This document shows, piece by piece, positions 48,817 to 57,566 of a stretch of DNA of 64,000 nt. This stretch comes from Dehalococcoidia bacterium (GTDB lineage: Bacteria > Chloroflexota > Dehalococcoidia > Lucifugimonadales > VXLM01). The notes beneath the pieces were generated by a model. That model searched no databases. It was not told where the DNA came from and saw only the letters and a program-made list of their open reading frames with translations. The DNA lies in assembly GCA_963662435.1 (NCBI GenBank), contig OY759598.1, forward strand, positions 2,016,507-2,080,506, given 5' to 3'. Each line of letters begins with the position of its first letter. Position 1 is the first letter of the stretch. The position numbers and the translations under genes were made by a program.

Positions 48817-49257
48817 ATGCCGAAGTACACAGTCAGAGTTGATATTGACAGGCCCGTAGAGGAGGCCTGGGAAGTCCTCATGGACGAATCGCGAATGGGC
48901 GAGTGGCTGGAAGGTTACAAGAGCATGGAGCTCATCGAGGGGGAGCCTCTCACCGTTGGAAGTAAGCATAAGATGATATTCGAGGAGAATGGCCAGGAGA
49001 TGACGTTCACCGAGACGGTGACGGCCATCGAGCCGCTCAAGGAATTCTCATTCGACTTCGAACACGACATGATGACCAGCAGCATTCAGATGACCCTCGA
49101 AAGCACTGGGACAGCGTCTACTCGCATCACGAACTGCACAGAGTTCTCAGCGAACGGATTCTTCGTCAACCTCCTTATGTTCTTCATGACGCCGCGGATG
49201 AAGGGCAGACAGCGCGGAAGCTTCGCCCGATTGAAGGCGCTGATCGAATCGAGTTGA
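48817..49257 (+). CDS. SRPBCC (polyketide cyclase-like) protein
   Basis: MPKYTVRVDIDRPVEEAW; ends LKALIESS; paralog of the preceding gene. Confidence 0.85.
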   Translation: MPKYTVRVDIDRPVEEAWEVLMDESRMGEWLEGYKSMELIEGEPLTVGSKHKMIFEENGQEMTFTETVTAIEPLKEFSFDFEHDMMTSSIQMTLESTGTASTRITNCTEFSANGFFVNLLMFFMTPRMKGRQRGSFARLKALIESS

Positions 49258-49261
49258 TCTC

Positions 49262-50197
49262 TTGAACACGACTGACATCCGCAAAGTCGCTGTCATCGGC
49301 GCTGGTCTCATGGGACACGGCATCGCGATCGAGCTTGCACTTGCGGGATACGACGTGAGGCTCCACTCTCGTTCCGAAAAGAGTCTCGACCGTGCGCGAG
49401 GGATGATCCGGGACAGCCTCGAACGCCTTCAAGACCTCGGCAGAGTTTCGGAACGGCAGGCACGGTCGGTGCCCGACAGCGTCAGGATGAGCACCGACTT
49501 GGGGGAGCTGGTAGCAAACGCCGATCTGGTGATCGAGTCGATCTACGAGGACATCGACGCGAAGACCAAGCTCTTCGCCCAGCTTGACGACCTCTGTCCT
49601 GAGCGAACGATACTCGCCAGCAACACGTCGAGTTTCCTGCCCAGCAAGCTGGCCGAGGCTACGACACGACCGGACAAGGTCATCAACGCGCACTTTCTCA
49701 ATCCGCCGTTCTTCGTGCCGCTCGTCGAGGTGGTGCCGACAGAAGAGACCTCGGAGGAGACGACCAACACCGTGATGTCACTGCTGACCTCGCTTAGTAA
49801 GCAGCCGATCTTAGTAAAGCGCGAGGTGCCGGGCTTCGTGGCGAGTCGTTTGCAGATGGCTGTGCTCCGAGAGGCCCTTTGGCTGGTCGAGAACGAGGTA
49901 GCGGCGGCGGGGGACGTCGATAGGGCGATCAGCGCGGGCCTCGGACGGCGGTGGGCGACGGCGGGAGTATTGCAGGTATTGGAGGTCGCGGGATGGGCCC
50001 TTATATCGCGCGTCGCGTCGGACGTGTTCCCGCACCTCTCCAACGCCAACGACCCGACACTGCTGCTTGATATGGTCGAGAGCGGCGATATTGGTCTGAA
50101 AGCCGGCAAGGGATTCTATGAGTGGACGCCGGAGAAGGCCGAGGAACTGCGTATGCGAATCGCGCAGGGGCTGGTCGAGATCGACAAACTGGATTGA
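49262..50197 (+). CDS. 3-hydroxyacyl-CoA dehydrogenase family protein
   Basis: GAGLMGHGIA, ESIYED...K, LASNTS, HFLNPP...PLVEV, PGFV.SRLQ. Confidence 0.92.
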   Translation: MNTTDIRKVAVIGAGLMGHGIAIELALAGYDVRLHSRSEKSLDRARGMIRDSLERLQDLGRVSERQARSVPDSVRMSTDLGELVANADLVIESIYEDIDAKTKLFAQLDDLCPERTILASNTSSFLPSKLAEATTRPDKVINAHFLNPPFFVPLVEVVPTEETSEETTNTVMSLLTSLSKQPILVKREVPGFVASRLQMAVLREALWLVENEVAAAGDVDRAISAGLGRRWATAGVLQVLEVAGWALISRVASDVFPHLSNANDPTLLLDMVESGDIGLKAGKGFYEWTPEKAEELRMRIAQGLVEIDKLD

Positions 50198-50223
50198 CCG
50201 GATTTCGCCTCTACGGTTACAAT
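50194..50223 (+). promoter_or_regulatory. Near-consensus sigma70 promoter
   Basis: TTGACC (50194-99), 18 nt, TACAAT (50218-23). Confidence 0.6.
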
Positions 50224-50302
50224 ACCTCAACTTCGTCCCAAAGGTAGAGACGCTTGGGAACCGCCTAGTCCGTCGCAACCGATTCTTGTCAACAACTACG
50301 AG

Positions 50303-50342
50303 GCCTCCCGTGGTCACCTAGGACTGCGCGGGAGGCTTTCTT
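50303..50342 (+). terminator. Terminator-like hairpin upstream of thrS
   Basis: GCCTCCCG (50303-10) pairs with CGGGAGGC (50329-36), followed by TTTCTT. Confidence 0.6.
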
Positions 50343-50421
50343 GTGTCCTGAACGGACGCCATTCTTGATACCATGAACCCGCGCGTCACGACGCGCGCCT
50401 TTCTACAGGAGACTACTACTA

Positions 50422-52158
50422 ATGTCACAAGAAACGGACTTAATCGAGCTGCGACACCGAATCCGCCACTCTGCCGCCCACGTAATGGCCGACGTTGTGA
50501 CGACGATGTTCCCGGAGGCCAAGCTGGGGATCGGACCGCCGACGGACGACGGCTTCTACTACGACTTCATGGTGGAAGAGCCGTTCTCGGAGCAGGACCT
50601 TTCACGCATCGAGAAACGGATGCGGAGGGTGGTCCAGCAGAATCACACCTTCGAGTACCACGAGTACCCCCGTGGCGAGGCTGAGCAGATGAACGCCTCG
50701 GAGCCCCTGAAGATGGAGATCATCGAGGAGATTCCCGAGGACGAGAAGATCACGACGTACAAGCACGGCAAGTTCGAGGACCTGTGCGCGGGGCCCCACG
50801 TGGAATCAACGGGCAAGATCCCGGCGTTCAAGCTGCTTAGCGTGGCCGGAGCGTACTGGCGCGGCGACGAGAACCGCCCGATGCTCCAGCGCATCTATGG
50901 GACGGCGTTCGAGTCGAAGGAGGCCCTGGCCGACCACCTCCACAAGATCGAGGAGGCCAAGAAGCGCGACCACCGACTCTTGGGACGGCAACTCGACCTC
51001 TTCTCCATCCAAGAGGAGACGGGGCCGGGGCTTATCATCTGGCACCCGAAGGGGTCGAGGACGCGAGGCATCGTTGAGGACTTCTGGCGGGAGCAGCACC
51101 GAAAGCACGGCTACGAGCTGATCTATACGCCGCACATCGGAAGAGCCAGCCTATGGGAGACGAGCGGGCACCTGGACTTCTACAAGGAGAACATGTACGC
51201 AGCCATCGAGATGGAGGGGCAGGACTACTATCTCAAGCCGATGAACTGCCCGTTCCACGTGATGTACTTCCAGAACGATCTGCGGAGTTATCGCGATCTG
51301 CCGATGCGAATCGGAGAGCTTGGCGCGGTGTACCGCTACGAGCGTGGTGGAGTCGTGCAGGGGCTGCTGCGGGTTCGAGGTATGACGCAGGACGACGCTC
51401 ACATCTTCTGTAGGCCCGATCAGGTCGCTGACGAGGTGAACGGCGTCCTCGACCTGACGTTCTTCCTGCTCAGCAGCTTCGGGTTCAGCGACTACGACGT
51501 GATGCTATCGACGAGGCCGGAAAAGGCCGTCGGCGAACACGACCAGTGGGACCTCGCCACGGAATCGCTTCGGGCTACCCTCGTCGAACGCGGCATCGAG
51601 TACCAGATCGACGGCGGCGGGGGCGCGTTCTACGGACCCAAGATCGACATTCACATCCGCGACGCCATCGGTCGGCTGTGGCAGATCACGACGGTGCAGT
51701 TCGACTTCAACCTGCCGGAGCGGTTCGGCCTGACGTATATCGGCGAGGACGGCAAGGAGCACCGCCCATACATGGTGCACCGGGCACTGCTCGGCACGAT
51801 GGAGCGGTTCATGGGCGTCCTGATAGAACACTACGCTGGGGCCTTCCCGCTTTGGCTGGCGCCTGTTCAGGCCGTCGTGATCCCGATAGCGGACCGTCAC
51901 GTCGACTACGCACAGGAGCTCAAGTCGCGACTGGAGGCGTCAAACGTCCGCGCCGATGTGGACGACGGAAACGACCGCATGAACGCGAAGATTCGCAACG
52001 CGCAGCTACAGAAGGTCCCTTACATGCTGGTCATCGGCGACCGCGAGATCGAGGCTGGCGCGGCAGCAGTGCGGCTGCGGTCGGGCGACGACCTCGGCGC
52101 GGTGCCGGTTGACGAGATCTTGGCGCGGATTACCGCTGAAGTCGAGGCGAAGGCGTGA
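50422..52158 (+). CDS. thrS: Threonine--tRNA ligase (lacks N-terminal TGS domain)
   Basis: RHSAAH, GFYYDF, DLCAGPH, RDHR, KPMNCP.H, YRYE, TQDDAH, FYGPKID, Q.DFNLPERF, HRA. Confidence 0.97.
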   Translation: MSQETDLIELRHRIRHSAAHVMADVVTTMFPEAKLGIGPPTDDGFYYDFMVEEPFSEQDLSRIEKRMRRVVQQNHTFEYHEYPRGEAEQMNASEPLKMEIIEEIPEDEKITTYKHGKFEDLCAGPHVESTGKIPAFKLLSVAGAYWRGDENRPMLQRIYGTAFESKEALADHLHKIEEAKKRDHRLLGRQLDLFSIQEETGPGLIIWHPKGSRTRGIVEDFWREQHRKHGYELIYTPHIGRASLWETSGHLDFYKENMYAAIEMEGQDYYLKPMNCPFHVMYFQNDLRSYRDLPMRIGELGAVYRYERGGVVQGLLRVRGMTQDDAHIFCRPDQVADEVNGVLDLTFFLLSSFGFSDYDVMLSTRPEKAVGEHDQWDLATESLRATLVERGIEYQIDGGGGAFYGPKIDIHIRDAIGRLWQITTVQFDFNLPERFGLTYIGEDGKEHRPYMVHRALLGTMERFMGVLIEHYAGAFPLWLAPVQAVVIPIADRHVDYAQELKSRLEASNVRADVDDGNDRMNAKIRNAQLQKVPYMLVIGDREIEAGAAAVRLRSGDDLGAVPVDEILARITAEVEAKA

Positions 52159-52181
52159 ATCTAGAGGTGTAGTAACAATTC

Positions 52182-52333
52182 CCGTTCACTCTGAGCCTGT
52201 CGAAGGGTGAAAGACTTGCTTATGGTTCGGCAAGTTCACCACGAACGGTCACCGGTGCCGCGACATCCGTTCACCCTGAGCCTGTCGAAGGGTGAGACTA
52301 CCCTACATGGTTCGACAAGCTCACCACGAACGG
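52182..52333. repeat. Two tandem REP-like stem-loop units between convergent genes
   Basis: CCGTTCAC(T/C)CTGAGCCTGTCGAAGGGTGA...ATGGTTCG(G/A)CAAG(T/C)TCACCACGAACGG at 52182-52248 and 52267-52333. Confidence 0.88.
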
Positions 52334-52348
52334 TAATTGGGACGAACG

Positions 52349-53317
52349 CTACCCCTGCCGGACGAGCTTCTGCAGCGATCTGACCTCGCGTGGAGGGTCG
52401 AGGCGTGAACCGTACGCGGCGAACGAGACCTCGGCGACGTATATGTCACCGTGCGAGTCGACGGCGATGCCGTGCGGGGTGATGAACTGTCCCGGGCCCT
52501 CTCCCTGTGGTTCGTCTCCGACCCGCGCCACGACGTTCCCATCGAGGTCGAACACGGTCACTCGTGGGCCGAGGCGCTTGCCGGTCCAGTTGCCCCATCC
52601 CAATGGGTTTTGGGGAATTCCGGCGTAGAACTCGCCTACGTAGGCGAGCTCACTCTTGGTGTCCACGGTGATGCAGGACGCCATGGCGAGATCGTTCCAC
52701 TGCGACAGGAACTTCCCCGACGAGTTGAAGACCTGCACTCGCTGGTTCTCGCGGTCGGCGACGTAGACGGTTCCCTCGCCGTCGGTGGCTATGTTGTGGA
52801 CGGTATTGAACTCGCCGGGATCAGTGCCTGAACGTCCCCACGAGAACAGCAGCTCACCGTCGGAAGTGTACTTGTGCACGACAGCGTTGCTGTACCCATC
52901 GGAGACGTAGATGTCGCCGGTGTTGGGGTCGACGGCGGCGTGCGTGGGGTTGCTGAACGGCTTGCCGCTGAGCCTGCCCGAATCGCGTCCTTTCTCGCCG
53001 ATGGTCAGAAGCAGTTGGCCGTCCAGGGTGAACTTGCGCACGGTGTGGTCGGCGGCGTCTATGCAATAGAGCGATTCGTCGGGGCCAATGGCGGCTCCGT
53101 GCGCGCTCGTGAAGATGCCCTCGCCCCAGGAGTTTATGACGGAGCCATGGCGGTCGAAGACGATGACGGGATGTTCGCCCCGGTTGAAGACGTAGACGTT
53201 GTCGTTCGCGTCCACCGCTACCGATGTGGCCTCCTTGAACGACCAGCCCTTCGGCAGGTCGCCCCAGTCCTCGCCGGAGACCTCGTAGGTGTAGTCGCCT
53301 TCGCCTATGATCGTCAT
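52349..53317 (-). CDS. NHL-repeat beta-propeller (peptidyl-alpha-hydroxyglycine lyase-like)
   Basis: VAVD..DNVYVFNRGEHP, IYVSDGYSN, PGEFNTVHNI, YVADREN.RVQVF, PHGIAVDS.GDIYVAE. Confidence 0.88.
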   Translation of the reverse strand: MTIIGEGDYTYEVSGEDWGDLPKGWSFKEATSVAVDANDNVYVFNRGEHPVIVFDRHGSVINSWGEGIFTSAHGAAIGPDESLYCIDAADHTVRKFTLDGQLLLTIGEKGRDSGRLSGKPFSNPTHAAVDPNTGDIYVSDGYSNAVVHKYTSDGELLFSWGRSGTDPGEFNTVHNIATDGEGTVYVADRENQRVQVFNSSGKFLSQWNDLAMASCITVDTKSELAYVGEFYAGIPQNPLGWGNWTGKRLGPRVTVFDLDGNVVARVGDEPQGEGPGQFITPHGIAVDSHGDIYVAEVSFAAYGSRLDPPREVRSLQKLVRQG

Positions 53318-53754
53318 CGTTCGCCTCCTGTTGCGGCTCTCTCCCAGACGATTCGCCCCTTCCGCGACTTCCCGGCCAGCACCATGGGAGGGGTCGTCAG
53401 TACCAGCTCATCGCCGTCGAGGTGGACGTACCTCACCTGCTCGGTGCCGACGCGGTTCGGGTAGAAGGCCACCTCGATCTTGTGGATGACGCGGTCCCCT
53501 TGGTAGTCGTATCGGCCACAGTACGCGACGAAGGTGCTCGCCGCGGCCAACTTCTCCTCGTCCGTGCCGGCAAGCATGTCGCCGGCCTCGAAGTTTTTCC
53601 TGCCCGCCGCCATCATCAGCACCGACATGTAGCCGTCGGGCGTGTACATGATGTAGCCGGAGGCATCCTCACCGAGGGGATACAGCACGTCGTCGCCCGT
53701 GTGGGCTTCGTACGTGACGAGCCGCCATGCTCCGATGAGGGGGTTGGGTTCCAT
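53314..53754 (-). CDS. Lipocalin-like domain protein
   Basis: LIGAWRLV, GYIMYTPDGYMS, AYCGRY, PN.VGTEQ.R, IVWER. Confidence 0.85.
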   Translation of the reverse strand: MEPNPLIGAWRLVTYEAHTGDDVLYPLGEDASGYIMYTPDGYMSVLMMAAGRKNFEAGDMLAGTDEEKLAAASTFVAYCGRYDYQGDRVIHKIEVAFYPNRVGTEQVRYVHLDGDELVLTTPPMVLAGKSRKGRIVWERAATGGER

Positions 53755-53763
53755 GTGTCGGTC

Positions 53764-54300
53764 TCAGTCTTTTGACGCGCGGACGGGGCGCTTCTTCTTC
53801 TGATCTTCGCCGTCGGGACGGCCTATGTTCTTTGCCTGGGTGGGCTTCCATCCGGTATCGTGCTGGTAGACCTTGCCCATCTCCAGAAGCGCCGGGAGGT
53901 CGACGCGGGAGCCGTCGCGGACGTAGCGACTCTGCTCGTGCTCGTGGCTCATCTCGATGGCGTCGAAGTTGCACACGTCGACGCAGATGCCGCACAGGAT
54001 GCAGCGGTTGAGGTTTATCTCGAACTCGTCTATGATCTTGCGCCGCTTGGACTTCCCCTCAGGGTGCTGGGGATTGTCCTTCATCGTGGCGCTCATGCAC
54101 TGAGTCGGGCACTCGCGCACGCAGACCATGCAGCCGGTGCAGTAGGGCTCGTCGGCGGTGTAGTCCCACAGGAGAGCAGGAAACCCCATGAAACGCTCCT
54201 GCACGGGGAGACGCTTGCCGGGATCAGGGTACTGGCCGGTCACCGGAGACCGCTTCATGGTCTTCAGCGTGACCGCGAGGCCTTTGAGGAGTCCGCTCAC
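53764..54300 (-). CDS. nuoI: NADH-quinone oxidoreductase subunit I-like 2x[4Fe-4S] protein (isolated)
   Basis: GL.VTLK...PVT.QYP, CTGCMVCVRECP, EINLNRCILCGICVDVCNFDAI. Confidence 0.85.
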   Translation of the reverse strand: MSGLLKGLAVTLKTMKRSPVTGQYPDPGKRLPVQERFMGFPALLWDYTADEPYCTGCMVCVRECPTQCMSATMKDNPQHPEGKSKRRKIIDEFEINLNRCILCGICVDVCNFDAIEMSHEHEQSRYVRDGSRVDLPALLEMGKVYQHDTGWKPTQAKNIGRPDGEDQKKKRPVRASKD

Positions 54301-54639
54301 CTAAACCGTCGCTCAGCGAATGAGGATGACGGGGTTCATTGTATCAGGTGAGCTACCACGACGCAGTGGGGGACGAGTGGAACACGAAAGCGTCCTGATG
54401 ACGGCGAAAACCCTCGAATTTGTCGCATTATGTTGCAAACTGTCGCATTTCGCGCGTTATTGTCAAGTAGCCCGAGCCGTTTTAGAGAGGACATGACCGG
54501 GTGAAACGTCGCGACTAGCCTTGCGGCACTCAGAACGTATACTCCGAACTACTCCTAAGAATGACAAGTCGTAGCTGGGTGTGTCAATTCGAGAATGGGA
54601 GTAACATGGACACAGCATCACGACACTTGGAGGTGACCA

Positions 54640-54927
54640 ATGGCTTCAGATAGCATGCAGCCAACGAAGAGCAAGATTGTCGCAGGAGTATTGGCAATCG
54701 TGGTCGGTGGACTGGGGATTCACAAGTTCTACCTCGGGTACATTGTTCCTGGTATTGTTCTTATTGTGGCTACGATCATCAGCCTGTTAACCGCGATATT
54801 ACTAATCGGGCTGGTTGGACTGCTGGTCATCGGAGTGATTTGTTTGATCGAGGGGATTCTGTACTTGACGAAGTCCGATGAAGAATTCCACGAAACCTAC
54901 GTGGAGAACAAGAAGGCCTGGTTCTAG
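54640..54927 (+). CDS. TM2-domain membrane protein
   Basis: KSKIVAGVLAIVVGGLGIHKFYLG...IEGILYLTKSDEEF...YV..KK.WF. Confidence 0.9.
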   Translation: MASDSMQPTKSKIVAGVLAIVVGGLGIHKFYLGYIVPGIVLIVATIISLLTAILLIGLVGLLVIGVICLIEGILYLTKSDEEFHETYVENKKAWF

Positions 54928-54955
54928 CCCCAGCGGACGTGGGTGACCAATTTAG

Positions 54956-56053
54956 CTAGCGCTCGTCGGCGACAACGACTTCCCTGCCCTCGCGGCCTGA
55001 GCGCACCATCGCGAGCGAGAAGCGCAGGACTTCCCGTGCCTCCTCACCGGTAAGGTCGGACGCGCCTCCGTCTGATATTGCGCGGACGAAGTCCTCGATA
55101 GCCAGCCGGAAACCGGCATCGTAGTCCGTCTCCATGTTGGAGATACTCGTCATGGAGCCGTCGCGGAGTATCTCAATTGGAGGCCGATTGACCAACTGGC
55201 CATTCGGTCCCTGGTGGATGTATAGGATTCCGCGTGTGCCCGTGATCTCAAACGACGCGTCGATGGGGTAATGCGTGGAGCGGATGATCAGCTCCTCGGA
55301 GTGGACGGACTCGCACGTGCCGTACAAGTCGCGGTCCGAGTACTTCCAGACGATCATGCCGGGATTGTCGAGGATGCCGCCCGGCACGATCTCGTGATGC
55401 TTGACGACCTCGGTGGAGCCGATGTACGCAAAGACCCGCTCGATGTCTCCCAGCATGTAGCGTGCTATCGTCCATACGTGGTGGCCGTGGTCGAACAGTA
55501 CGGAACCTTCGCCGGACAGCGTCGGGTCGGAGCGCCACACATGAGACGACTGGGGTATTTCCCACCCGTCGGGAGCCGTCCCGCTGGCAGTCTTGATGCG
55601 TATCGATATGGGCTCGCCGATGCCGCCCGAATCGAGTATCTGCTTGGCGCGGACGAACGGCGGGTGGAAGCGGTAGTTATCGATCACGCGGAGGAGCTTG
55701 CCCGTGCGCTCCGACGCCTCGATCATCGCGTCGGCATCGGCAACCGAGAGCGCCATCGGCTTCTGCACCGTGACGTGCTTACCCGCCTCGAGCGCGGCGA
55801 TCGTCATGGACGCATGAAGATAGTGCGGCGTGATGATGTCCACCGCGTCGACAGCGGAGTCTTCAAGGAGTCGGTCGAAGTCGGTGTAGGTCGTCTCGAC
55901 GCCCCACTCTGACGCGCGCCGACTGAGCAGGTCGGGGTCGGTGTCGCAGATGGCGATTACTTCTGCCATAGGCGTGGCGGAATATCCCAGGTAGTGCATG
56001 TCGGCGATCCGCCCGACGCCGACGAGGGCTGCGCGTAGCGGCTCCATCGTCAC
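54956..56053 (-). CDS. Gfo/Idh/MocA family oxidoreductase
   Basis: VGVGRIA..H, DIITPHYLH, GKHV.VQKPMA, FDHGHH. Confidence 0.9.
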   Translation of the reverse strand: MTMEPLRAALVGVGRIADMHYLGYSATPMAEVIAICDTDPDLLSRRASEWGVETTYTDFDRLLEDSAVDAVDIITPHYLHASMTIAALEAGKHVTVQKPMALSVADADAMIEASERTGKLLRVIDNYRFHPPFVRAKQILDSGGIGEPISIRIKTASGTAPDGWEIPQSSHVWRSDPTLSGEGSVLFDHGHHVWTIARYMLGDIERVFAYIGSTEVVKHHEIVPGGILDNPGMIVWKYSDRDLYGTCESVHSEELIIRSTHYPIDASFEITGTRGILYIHQGPNGQLVNRPPIEILRDGSMTSISNMETDYDAGFRLAIEDFVRAISDGGASDLTGEEAREVLRFSLAMVRSGREGREVVVADER

Positions 56054-56078
56054 CCCCTCTGCGTCCTCGCTATACGAG

Positions 56079-56984
56079 TCATGTCACGTGTTCTTCGGTT
56101 GCCGGAGGCGTTGGGAAGGCCTTTCCGGGATCGACGACGCACTGCGTCCCTTTCACGTTCGAGATCGTGTGGGCATAGGACAATTTCGTGACGCTCTCCC
56201 CCTGCTTGAGGAAGGCGGCCTTGTCTTCCTCGTACATAGTGCGGGCCATCTCGTGGGCGTCGGAAGCGGTGAAGAGTCGTGCTACGGCGTTGCCTACGTG
56301 CCCGACGCCGACGAGCCCTACGTTTTCCATGCGCTCGCCGAAGCGGTTGAAGTCGCTGCCGGGATGCCAGTCCTTCCGGGCATGTACCTGGCTCGCCAGC
56401 GGCACCAGAGTCCCGTCAGGCAGGGGCGTACGGCGAGTGACAAAGGACGTCTCGCGGTAGTCAACTCCGAACTCGACCTCCCAGACGTGTATCGCCGTCA
56501 GGTTCTGGTACGGAACACCGAGCATCAGGATCGATGCCCCGTTGTCCATCACCCACGCCATGGGGCTGTTCTCGTCCCATGCGGACGCCCATGTCTTGCC
56601 GTTACCCGTCACAACTGTCTCGGCGAGCGGGCCGATGGCGGCCACACTGTGCCAGAGGTGGACGCTTCGCAGGGCGCCTTCGCGCGTACGAACGGCGTTG
56701 GTAATCGCGCCCATTCCGGAGTGGGTGTTCGCAGGGTCGAATATCCAGTTTGGGTCAATCGAGTCGGGGTAGTCATGCGGGTCAGCGTAGGTGAACGTCG
56801 GAACGACCAGCGTGCCATCAGGCCCAAGCGCATCGAGCAGGGCGTCCACGACGGTATCGGCCCCACCCTCGACCTCGCCGATGGCGCTCACCGAGCTGTG
56901 GACGAACAGCAGTCCGCCGTGGGGTATGCCGAGCCCGACGAGTTCTCCAACGATGTCGTCCTTCGTGACTAACAGTGGTGGCAT
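56079..56984 (-). CDS. AAC(3) family N-acetyltransferase
   Basis: VHSSVSAIG.VEGG, GTLVVPTFT, MGAI, RS.H..HS.AAIG, T.IHV.E. Confidence 0.88.
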   Translation of the reverse strand: MPPLLVTKDDIVGELVGLGIPHGGLLFVHSSVSAIGEVEGGADTVVDALLDALGPDGTLVVPTFTYADPHDYPDSIDPNWIFDPANTHSGMGAITNAVRTREGALRSVHLWHSVAAIGPLAETVVTGNGKTWASAWDENSPMAWVMDNGASILMLGVPYQNLTAIHVWEVEFGVDYRETSFVTRRTPLPDGTLVPLASQVHARKDWHPGSDFNRFGERMENVGLVGVGHVGNAVARLFTASDAHEMARTMYEEDKAAFLKQGESVTKLSYAHTISNVKGTQCVVDPGKAFPTPPATEEHVT

Positions 56985-57087
56985 AGTGGGCTCCGGGGGA
57001 ATTGCATCAGAAATGAACGTAGAAAGAAGTGGCCGCCCGGTGTTATCGCTGCCTAAGCAATTCTCTCTACCTTCTTCTTTCTCTTCT

Positions 57088-57459
57088 CTACGCCGGCCTG
57101 TTCGATACCTGGAACTTGTTGCCCTCAGGGTCCTGGCCCTCACAGTATTGGAACCGCCCGTCGTCCTCGACCTCGCCCATGGGAGCGCCCCGCTCTAACA
57201 ACTCCTTGCGGGCCTCCTCGACGTCGTCGACATAGAAGACGATCTTGCTGTAGGTGGAGGGTACGCCGTCGACCCTCGAAGCGACCTGGAGAGCCAGCCT
57301 GCACGGACCGGTATTGAACTCGATCCACTGCGGGGGCTGCACGTGCAGGTCGAAGATCGGCTTGAGCTGCAGTACGTCGCGATAGAACTCGGTCACCATC
57401 ATCATGTTCTGCACGACCAGGGTAATCCTGCTCATCGTTGCGATACGGCGTTCGTCCAT
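57088..57459 (-). CDS. VOC/glyoxalase family protein
   Basis: FYRDVL.L, W.EF, IVFYVDDV, DPEGN.FQ. Confidence 0.85.
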   Translation of the reverse strand: MDERRIATMSRITLVVQNMMMVTEFYRDVLQLKPIFDLHVQPPQWIEFNTGPCRLALQVASRVDGVPSTYSKIVFYVDDVEEARKELLERGAPMGEVEDDGRFQYCEGQDPEGNKFQVSNRPA

Positions 57460-57532
57460 GACGGCCCTCCCAGGAGATGTTCGAGGGTTATTCTATCCCA
57501 TCGCAACGAATAGGGATTCCTCATTTTCGGAA

Positions 57533-57564
57533 CCCTCTGCGTCCTCCGCGCCCTCTGCGGTGAA
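57533..57564. repeat. Short intergenic repeat (CTCTGCG-type)
   Basis: CCTCTGCG-TCCTCCGCG-CCCTCTGCGGTGAA, 9-bp periodic triplet right after the lactonase stop. Confidence 0.5.
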
Positions 57565-57566
57565 CT

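Noticed and set aside
50230..50342. Canonical T-box or lysine riboswitch before thrS
   Set aside because: No exact TGGNACC antiterminator bulge or stem I motifs, and too short for a lysine aptamer; kept only as an unassigned candidate RNA
52182..52333. Possible CRISPR array
   Set aside because: Only two ~67-bp palindromic units, with dispersed copies elsewhere, no unique spacer series and no cas genes; fits a REP-like repeat
54370..54420. Hammerhead-like CTGATGA...GAAA
   Set aside because: No adequate stem II between CTGATGA and GAAA and no stem III/cleavage triplet in the right order
56079..56984. Aminoglycoside resistance gene
   Set aside because: The AAC(3) fold is widespread with other substrates; host-like GC, metabolic context, no mobile element
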